In this document: positions 54,700-64,000 of the stretch, piece after piece | How positions within the stretch are numbered: position 1 is the first letter of the stretch | Layout: each line of letters begins with the position of its first letter | Source of the DNA: Octopus sinensis | Taxonomy: Eukaryota | Direction of reading: 5' to 3' | NCBI RefSeq assembly: GCF_006345805.1 | Contig: NC_042998.1 | Coordinates: 199,702,001 to 199,766,000 of the forward strand | DNA length: 64,000 nucleotides | Program-made: the position numbers and the translations under genes | Notes under the pieces: model-generated | Told to the model about the DNA's origin: nothing | Seen by the model: only the letters and a program-made list of their open reading frames with translations | The model's database searches: none

Positions 54700-54930
54700 G
54701 GTAAGAATGGGTTAGAAAAATGTAGAGCGTGTAGAACATAGAAGGAGACAGTGACACACACTGTGGTAGAATGCCCCAGGTTACCACAGGAAAAATATAA
54801 TGAATGGTGTCACGACAAAGTTGTAAAATTTTTAGACTGGGAACTGTGTCAGAAATGGAAATTTGAAACTGTAAATACAGGGTGCAATCATCGAGTCGAA
54901 AGAGAACTGGCGTCGGAAGTAGTGGAGGAG
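54700..54930 (+). mobile_element. R4/Dong CCHC zinc-knuckle fragment
   Basis: KCRACRT*KETVTHTVVECPRLPQEKYNEWCHDKVVKFLDWELCQKW. Confidence 0.8.
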
Positions 54931-55049
54931 CATCATATACATGTATTGAGAGGGATTCTTTGGGGTTTGAATAATTCACCTCTGGAAACATGGGTGTTTT
55001 GTTCAACATTCTTAAACAACACTTATTCAGACACACACACACATATATA

Positions 55050-55282
55050 TATTTCTTTATTGCCCACAAGGGGCTAAACATAGAGAGGACAAACAAGGAC
55101 AGACAGAGGGATTAAGTCGATTACATCGACCCCAGTGCGAAACTGGTACTTTATTTATCGACCCCGAAAGGATGAAAGGCAAAGTCGACCTCGGCGGAAT
55201 TTGAACTCAGAACGTAACGACAGACGAAAAACCGCTAAGCATTTCGCCCGGCGCGCTAACGTGTCTGCCAGCTCGCCGCCTT
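55050..55282 (-). mobile_element. SINE family A, full length
   Basis: Reverse complement of the family A consensus seen at 23457 and 41742. Confidence 0.9.
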
Positions 55283-56999
55283 ATATGTGCATATGTATAT
55301 ACATATGTATATACGTACACACACACACACACACACATATATATATGTATATAAATATTTATATACATACATGCATATACACATACTTACATACATACAT
55401 GCATACATACATACAGACATGCATACATAGACCCAGCTAAAATAGAAAGCTCGAATAGCCTATGTAACAATAAGTGTAATAAATATATAATATCTTGGCA
55501 GTTTCCTCTCTAATGCGAGTGGCTTGGCTCTTGTTTGTTCACCTGCAACAGATCAAAGTTCAAAAATGTTCTCGAGGTTGTAAGAGGTAATTAGGATTCC
55601 CTTAACTTGTATCGCCCTTCATAATGTCTATGTTGATTACCATAATGCGTTACAAATGTCACCGTGAGCTCAAGGGCGGTATCGTTACCGAGATTCCTAA
55701 TCTTCAATGTTGCATATGATTCCGCTATATCTTGGGGCACAGTTATATGGGCAGGTCATAATTTCTGTACAAAAATAAATAGATAATATTGCATGAACAA
55801 AGTGCGATTGACCTACCTCACAGGTTCCTTTGCAGCATCTAGTATCCAGATGGGTTACACCCGAAAAGTACCCTTCTCGCCTATCCTATTTCTAGAACTT
55901 TACGGCAAGTTCCCTCTCTAGCTCCTACGTCCACATGCGAAGAGAAAGAGGCCCAAACTGGCCCTGCTTCCGCACATGCGACCTCCACACACCTCTTCTC
56001 CCGGTAGGGCCCCTCAGCCATCGACGTCACCGACCTCTCGGTTCACCTCATCTCCACAGATGCAGAAATAAACGAATAAAAAAATCACGAATAAAAAATG
56101 CCACTTCCTGTTGCTGTTTGTGATCAACAGAGGGCGTTTCACTGCCTTCTCTTTTTAGCAAAATTAAATAAGTGTGCGCTTCAACTATTATTTCAAATAT
56201 TCCGGAAAAGAGACGTTCTGTGACACGTGACATGATGTTCTCAAATCGAACTTTATTTAAAGAAAGTGTTCCGTATCATGGATCCCCATGTAATATCTGT
56301 AATTTATATTATAATTTGGCAAGCTGTTTGATTTGGCATGTGTGCGTTCTTGTTCCTGTTGCCACTACAAACATTATCGTTGACATTTTGTGTGTCAGTC
56401 CTAATAAACTACACACAAATACTGTTTGCTTTTCACTTGTTGGCCCGCGTGATTGTACATTTTGCGGTCTTTATTTTCTTTAGTTTTGCTGATTGTAAAA
56501 CGCGTTCTGTTTGCTTAACTATGTGGGTGTTCCGCGTATTGTTGATATTTGATATGACAGAGGAAAAGCAAAAAGTCAACAGGATAATAAAAATAATATA
56601 TAAAAAATGGTAAGGAAATTATATTGAATTTGTTAAAGGATACCTTAGGTAGTAATCAAAAAGAGACAATATTTTAAATCCATTTAGAAGACTGTAAAAA
56701 TATACGAATATTCGAAGACATCGGGAGCTACAAAAAACTTTAACCTTGCAACAAAACAAGAATAAAAACTATAACAGTTATTATGAAAATAATTTTCTTT
56801 TGCAAAAACCAACATCAATAATCAAAAAAGATAATTATGATTCCTGTATTAGACACTAAAGGTTAAAAGAAAGGTTGAGGACGGTAGGAGACGATACAGC
56901 GTGGGGTTAAATGGGAAAAGTGGAAAGAGAAGTAACACAAACAAAAATAAGAAAGGAAAGAAATTGAGACAAAGAAAATAAGTAGGGAGGGGGTTCGGG

Positions 57000-57600
57000 A
57001 AGGCGAATCGTGGAAACTCTATAAAGCCTCAATCACCCTGACATCTCAGGCAAGTCTCTTCACTCAGCTGTTCTTTTCCAGTCTACAAGGGAATGTTTAG
57101 GGTAGGATCCTTTTCTCGGGCCATGCTCGCATCTCTCTTTCACCTTTCAAAAATTATGCAGGGAGATAACGTTTCTCTCCATCCTTATTTTTCTTTTAGA
57201 GTGAAGCTGGAGAAAGAATGTGTGGGCTTCGCCAAAGAGTTAGGTGTTTTTCTTCACCAACTTTTAGTCTTGTACATCAAACACAATTTTCCGTTGACAC
57301 CATCTGGCAGATAGAAACTGCTTACATTTCCTGGCCAAACGAAAGCGCAGGATAATCTTCACATTGGAATCAACTGATAGCTGGGTTTGTCCGACAGCCT
57401 TAGCAACTGTTCGAGAAAGTTCCGCAAGTCAGGGTACAGGAGGAATATGTCCAAAACGCTTTTGTTATCAAACGTGCGTCCGAAACAGGCCCGACTGATA
57501 GAAGTCCTTTTTATAGAGTTTATCTTAAGACGGCAATCTGCACTTACCCGCGGTACGAGTGTCAAACGAGGGGATTCAGGAAACCGGCCATTGTCTTCAA
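57000..57600 (-). mobile_element. Probable Tx1/L1-clade LINE 3' fragment
   Basis: Stop-riddled frame ..VGQTQLSVDSNVKI..LHSKRKIRMERNVISLHNF resembles Tx1 C-termini. Confidence 0.5.
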
Positions 57601-57732
57601 CCCGAGAGTCTTTATTCATTAATCAGTATAAACAATGTATATAATAGATTACTCTCCATCGCAGAAATTTAGCTACAAACACAATTACACATGAACACAT
57701 GCCCGAAACACGCGCGCACCCCCCACACACGC

Positions 57733-57781
<49 letters not shown>

Positions 57782-58205
57782 TATCCTAATTAATGACCAC
57801 ATCATTTTCACTTCAGTTGAAACGTTCCAGGTGATGTAGCATATGGCCGTCCTCAGGTACTTCCGTTTTTGATAATTTTCGCAAATTTCCTAACCAAACA
57901 ATTTAATCAATCTATAGATGAAGCTTATATTCTTCCATTACCCATGCAACTCATAAAAGTTAATTTAAGAAATGTTTCGCCGCTTCAACATTCTCCTGGA
58001 AGAAGTCCATTCATTGATTGGGTTACGCTCACATGTTAATCCTAGCTTATATCCTCTGTAAAATTGCCACTGATAATGACATTGTAAAGATAAGGAATAA
58101 TATGATCATTATACACTTATCGTTGTTTCTCCATTTCATAATTTGTTCAAAGATTGGCAGCATATTCAGTCATATAAAACTTGTCATAAACATCCACAAA
58201 TACAC

Positions 58206-58255
<50 letters not shown>

Positions 58256-58788
58256 TGTGTGTGTGTGTGTGTGTGTGTGTGTATTTATATATTATATATA
58301 TAATAATATATATATAAAGACATATACGTATGCACGTATAGTTATACATCTATATTCATGAGCGTGTAAAAATATGTTTATATATATATGTTTGTGTATG
58401 CGTGTATATATGCATGTACATATATTTTTCATATCTTTCATGAAATGTTTAGACAGAGAGTATTCAGTTCTATGAAGTATTATTAAATAATGTATTCCAG
58501 AAAACATGTCATAATATACACGCAAAACTACGCAACGAACAGGTATTAAAAAAATAATTCTTTCGCAATTCTCTATGTACTTTTGTTTAACTGCGTTGAG
58601 AAGTATAATTTATGTATCTAATATTAATATTCGCACTTCGTAGCTCACTTTGTTTGCATTATCCTAGCAAATTAAGCTTTGTTTAAAAATAGGAATCATG
58701 ATCACGCGTAAAAATATTGAGATGAAATTAAATATATCTTTACAGAAATAGAAATATGAAAATGAATAACACCCACTTCACTTTAGTA

Positions 58789-58871
<83 letters not shown>

Positions 58872-58908
58872 CATATATATATATGTATATATATATCTAT
58901 ATATATCA

Positions 58909-59091
58909 TAGGCGGAGGCGTGACTGCGTGCTAAGAATCTTGCTTCCCAACCACATGATTTCGGGTTCAATCCCACTGCCTGACACTTTCTATCTTCTAT
59001 CTTCTATCTTCTATAGCCTCGGGCCGACCAAAGCCTTGTGAGTAGATTTGGTAGACAGAAACTGAAAGGCGCTCGTCGTATATATATATAT

Positions 59092-59144
<53 letters not shown>

Positions 59145-59352
59145 GTGTGTGCGCGCGTGTGTGTGTGTGTGTGCGTGTGTGCGCGAGTTAGTCTGCGTTT
59201 GTCCACCCCGCCGCCATCGCTTGACAACTGAGGCTGGTGCGTTTATGTCCCCGTAACTTATCGGTTTGGCAAAAGACCACTGAAGACCCTTCAACGCAGG
59301 GCTCCAGCATGACCACAGTCAATTGATCGAAACAAATAAGACAATAAAAGAA
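58909..59352 (+). mobile_element. SINE family B, near full length
   Basis: Head taggcggaggcgtgactgcgtg..gggttcaatccc, central (TG)n, tail ctccagcatgaccacagtc..gaaacaaata. Confidence 0.85.
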
Positions 59353-60233
59353 CATATTGATATATAAATGCATGTATGAATGTATATGTATATTAATACG
59401 AGAAAATATACACGTTCTCTTTTCTTCAAAATCTTTATTTGATAACCCTGCCTAAGTTTCGAGAATTTTTATATTAACAAGTAATATGACATTATTATTC
59501 CATGATAGATATAAATCCATATTATGCTATGTAAATCGAATATATGCCGTGTATATTTTATTTAATAAGAATATATGGGGATTTTTTTCTCTTTTACTGC
59601 CAGATGTATACGTATTTTTGTTAAAATCTTCCTCCATATTTCCGTACTTTCAAATTAAATCACACAATGCGGCACTTTGGACCAGTGGTTTTCAACCAGG
59701 GTTCCGCCAGCACAGTCCAGGGGTTCCGCAAGATGTTACAAAACTGCTAAAATCGGCAGTAATTTTTAATTCTCCTGTGCAGATATGTGTGCATAAGACT
59801 ATTAAATTATTGCACAGGGGTTCCTCGAGCCAGTGGAACATTTCCTTGGGGTTCCGCTTCAGCAAAAAGTTTGAAAAGCACTACTTTGGACAGATATATT
59901 CATTTATAGCATTCGGTTAACACTAGTAAAATTTAACGAGTAGAATTTAACAGATGCAGCATCTGTAAAAGATCCTCGGAATTATATCCATCCATCCATC
60001 CATACTGACACACACACACACAGACACACACAAACACATTTATTCATCTGTCTATATTTTAATGCATCTATACAGACATACAGAAACCCGTGTATGTTCA
60101 GATTTGGGTTCTAAAATTTGATGTTATATTTTCTTTAGTCTGTATCCTTTCAAACGCAGAACGCTAATGTTTCAACAATACGAGAGAATGATAATAAGCG
60201 CTGCACTTGAATAACTAGAATAGAAATTGTCTA

Positions 60234-60285
60234 TGCCACTGACGACGTGTCCAAGGGCCTTGTCTAACGATTGAAACCGGTGACA
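60234..60285 (+). ncRNA. Decayed canonical hammerhead relic
   Basis: tgcca CUGACGA cgt..acgatt GAAA ccgg tgaca. Core boxes and ACCGGT are present, but the stem II register and cleavage triplet are damaged. Confidence 0.4.
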
Positions 60286-60495
60286 GAACATGAGCGCCTG
60301 TCTACGTACGTACATATGAATGTCTTTATCTATTTGTCCGTGTGTCTGCTAAATTGTCTATTTGCTCGTATATACGTGCGTATGTGTGTATGTGTGTCTT
60401 TGTGTGAGTGTGTAATTTTGTATTTTTGTACACATATAGATCATATAGATGCATATGTTAATCAACACACACACACATACACACATGCACACACA

Positions 60496-60551
<56 letters not shown>

Positions 60552-61121
60552 ATCTAATGTGCACGTTTACTATATATACATAATCATATATACATACCTA
60601 TTAGAGTAACGCATATCTAACTTGTTGGAGTGTATGTCTGAATGTGAGTGTGTTTATGTAATTGTGTGTATGTGTGTGTATCTGTATGTGTGTATGTGTC
60701 AATTTGCTGAAGTAAGAATTTTATACGCTGCTTGAATCCGGAGTTACCAAGTTATATTTCTTAATGCCACCAACTTATTCAGTAGACTGCGAAGACGATA
60801 TCTACGCAGAGCAGCAAACTATAAATTAATGCCTCACTTGTTTTCTTCAAACCAAACCAAACACGCCCTACCGTTATACACTGGCAGAAATGTAGCGTCA
60901 ACTGAAGAGAATAAAAAAAAGTCTGGACGGTCCAATACTTCATGCTGGAGAATCTGACAAATAATTTGTAAACAAAGAAAGAATAATGTTTATTTTCACA
61001 TTACTAAACTCTAGTTTTATTGTCAATCTGAAATATTTCACCGCCAGTAAACTATTCATTGTTAGTCTGAAATGTTCTGTTAGACAAACGTACATATATG
61101 TGGAGTTCTCATGTATATAAT

Positions 61122-61181
<60 letters not shown>

Positions 61182-61256
61182 TAATATATATATATATTAT
61201 TATATATGTATGTATATAGGTGTTCATATATGTATATATGTGTATGCATATATATG

Positions 61257-61304
<48 letters not shown>

Positions 61305-61759
61305 GATTCATATATATATATTCATATAGAAATATATATATATATATTATGTGTGTGTGTGTGTACACACGCCTGTTTGTATGCATGTGAGTATATATAT
61401 ATTATGCGTGCACTATTATGCATATTTCTATTTATAATGCTATACAAATTAACTTATCTATCATATAATTAATATAATTAATGCTCTAATTCTTTAACCA
61501 TCAATAAACTACATCAAGGCCAGTTCATCTTGTAGCTCAGAAAGTATACATATTGCTTTCTAACAAGAAATATATAACAGTTTGAGTAAAAAGTAAGCAA
61601 CGTTTTGAACCACGAAGAATTTGTAACGGATTTTTGCAGAGTTCTGAACTTTTGTTAAATATTTTTCTGAAATTGTCAGACAATACGGGCATGGACTTGC
61701 TCAAATGTATCAATAAATTAACATTGATATTCTTTTCGCCGTTGTTACACTCAACTGAA

Positions 61760-62250
61760 TTGGAACTGTCAAAGTGCGATATTCGAGCAATTTTACTATT
61801 CAACTTTAAAAAATGACGTAAAGAAACTGAAACTGCTCGCGATAGCAACGAAAACGTTGGCGAGGAAATGACCACTGAGTGGTCAGTTCGAAAATGGTTT
61901 AAACGATTTCTCAGTGGAGACCTAAGCGTTGAAGATCGTGAGCGTAGTGGACGCCCATTTGTTATATATGGAGGTCAATTAAAGGAGGTCATTGAAAAAG
62001 ATCCACGTAAAACCCACACGAGAACTGGCAAAATAACATAAAGTTAGCCAGAAAACTGCCAGCAACCATTTGCATGGCAAGGAAAATCAAAAACCCTCGA
62101 CGAATGGGTACCAGACGATTGGAATAAAAATTAGAAAATGCGCAGATATGAAGTTTGCTCGTCGCCTCTTCTCCGTTACCAGACTGACCCATTTCTGGAC
62201 TGTATTGTACCTTGCGATGAAATATGGATTCTGTACTGGAGACAAATACT
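61760..62250 (+). mobile_element. Mariner transposase 5' fragment
   Basis: DIRAILLFNFKK..SVRKWFKRFLSGDLSVEDRERSGRP..WVP..FLDCIVPCDEIWILY, with stops. Confidence 0.88.
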
Positions 62251-63433
62251 TTTGTTTAGTTTAACTCTGATATTTTATATTCCCCATAAACTCAACAATA
62301 TCAATATAAAAGATGAAATAAAGCTGTAACTATTAAAGAAACAAACTTTTCATTAAATCCCTTATTCTTGCTTAAATTACAGAAACGCTTTGTCACCAAT
62401 TCACAGTGAACACACTTGGCAAACTTCTTTCCAGAAACACTGACCCGTATACAAACACGGCTAGTGCGATTGTAACTTTAGTCACTTCAGACAAACAAAG
62501 CTACCATCTGAAAATATCCCTTCCCTTAACCCATAACCTATTGTGCCTTAGAGTAAGTTCATACTCTTCAATCTTCCACACTTCTCAAGAATCTAATCTG
62601 ATCCTTTGAAATTCGCTACAGAGTCTCTCATTTGCCAAAATATATGCTATCTGATCTGTTAACTATCTCCATACCACGTCATCTTCAACAAGTCTACGTT
62701 CATGATGATTGTCATTAGAAATGAGAACTCCCAAAGCTTTCATTCTGTCAGTATCTCTTTCATCGACCATCGATACGTTTTCCATAAAGCTAGATCTACT
62801 AGTGGCCTACTCTCCTTTCTTTTCCATGAACAGGTTCCTCGCCTTGGGGAAATTGAGGGAAGAGAAACGTCATACTCATCATCAAAGCTTCTCAACGTGT
62901 TTGACAAGAACTTTACTTTGAGAACTGTTTGCCGACGGGGGTCACACAGCTCTCATCGCTTAGATCCCTAACATCCTCTTAAATAGCACATTAGCAATGT
63001 TTGTTGACAGAACTCAAGCCATGGAGTGAACTGCAGCGTTCTCAAAGGTTCGGTTTCCTTTCCAATTCTCTTTTTTTTTTAAATATAATTCAATGAGAAT
63101 TGTAGCGTGTAACAACGACCAAAATTTAGGCAAACGACGCAACCGTTCATTCATCCTTAACATTCCTATCCATGCCCCGTCGCTTGCAGCGTAGATACCG
63201 CATCAACACCCATGGGATTCTGCACGTGCTAACATGTAAATTGTCGAGAGAGAGACATAAATGACATTGATCTCAGCATGGCATTGTGGCCTGCAAAACC
63301 ATGAGTACACATTCATTATTACTCAAGATCGGGCAGGTATATCTATTTTGTGCGCGCGCGAGTGTGTAAAGTGCGTGTGCATGTATGTGAGTGTGGTGTG
63401 TGTGTATGCATATGCACATGTATACATGTATAC

Positions 63434-63506
63434 GGACATATGGCGTAGTGGTTAAAAGCGCGGGCTACTAACCCCAAGATTCCGAGTTCAATTCCAGGCA
63501 GTGGCA

Positions 63507-63508
<2 letters not shown>
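63434..63508 (+). mobile_element. tRNA-like SINE head (family D)
   Basis: A box tggcgtagtggtt and B box gagttcaattcc are present, but there is no acceptor stem. Followed by (AAT)n. Confidence 0.7.
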
Positions 63509-63566
<58 letters not shown>

Positions 63567-63568
<2 letters not shown>

Positions 63569-63939
63569 GACCTACTCATTGAAATTGAGAAAATGTGGCA
63601 TCTCAAGGCGGTTACAATACCAGTGATCGTAGGAGCACTAGGAATGATCAAGAAGGGAACCGAAAATTATATGAGAATGATCCCTGGCTTACCATCCCTG
63701 CAAGAAGTGCAAAATATTGTCTTAACTGGTACATCACACGTATTGAGAAGAGCATTATCGATGTGAGAATTATTACTACCCATGTATTTTAATTTAACTT
63801 TAAAAAAAAAATGAACGAACTATTGAGTTTAGTTTAATGGCCTGCCAATGTATACTATGAGTTTCTTTGCCCTAGGAGTCGGGAAGACACTCGGGAAGAA
63901 ATGGAAGCAAATTTGAAAGAAGAAAAAAAAAATAATATG
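63567..63939 (+). mobile_element. R4/Dong LINE 3' end flanked on both sides by (AAT)n
   Basis: KDLLIEIEKMWHLKAVTIPVIVGALGMIKKG..LTGTSHVLRRALSM* is open to the stop at 63766. (AAT)n at 63509-63566 and 63940-64000. Confidence 0.9.
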
Positions 63940-64000
63940 AATAATAATAATAATAATAATAACAATAATAACAATAATAATAATAATAATAATAATAATA

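Noticed and set aside
62620-62960. Minus-strand coding exon (MENVSMVDERDTDRMK..)
   Set aside because: No polypyrimidine acceptor, stops nearby, and no known homology.
63434-63508. Functional tRNA gene
   Set aside because: A and B boxes and an anticodon-like arm are present, but there is no acceptor stem or terminator. Treated as a SINE head.

Overview
AT-rich eukaryotic DNA dense with microsatellites. The SINE, LINE and mariner content looks like an octopod cephalopod; this is inference from family resemblance, not a database match. I find no intact host protein-coding gene, rRNA, true tRNA or CRISPR array, and nearly all ORFs in the track are translations of simple repeats. The window is a transposon graveyard: R4/Dong LINE fragments (two classes), CR1-type and Tx1-type LINE 3' ends, three Penelope-like element (PLE) fragments, several mariner remnants, a Helitron, a Helentron-type element, two foldback palindromes and three or more tRNA-derived SINE families. 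A ~2 kb duplication straddles a 100-N gap and is probably an assembly artefact. The main result is eight minimal type-I hammerhead-ribozyme (HHR) folds with palindromic stem III, whose catalytic cores show all four Watson-Crick combinations of the 3:8 tertiary pair (C3:G8, G3:C8, A3:U8, U3:A8). A standard CUGANGA search would miss most of them. Secondary results are an apparent split of Dong LINEs between (AAT)n and (CATA)n targets, a possible tRNA-head/(AAT)n/HHR composite element, and a LINE-SINE shared 3' stem-loop with compensatory changes.
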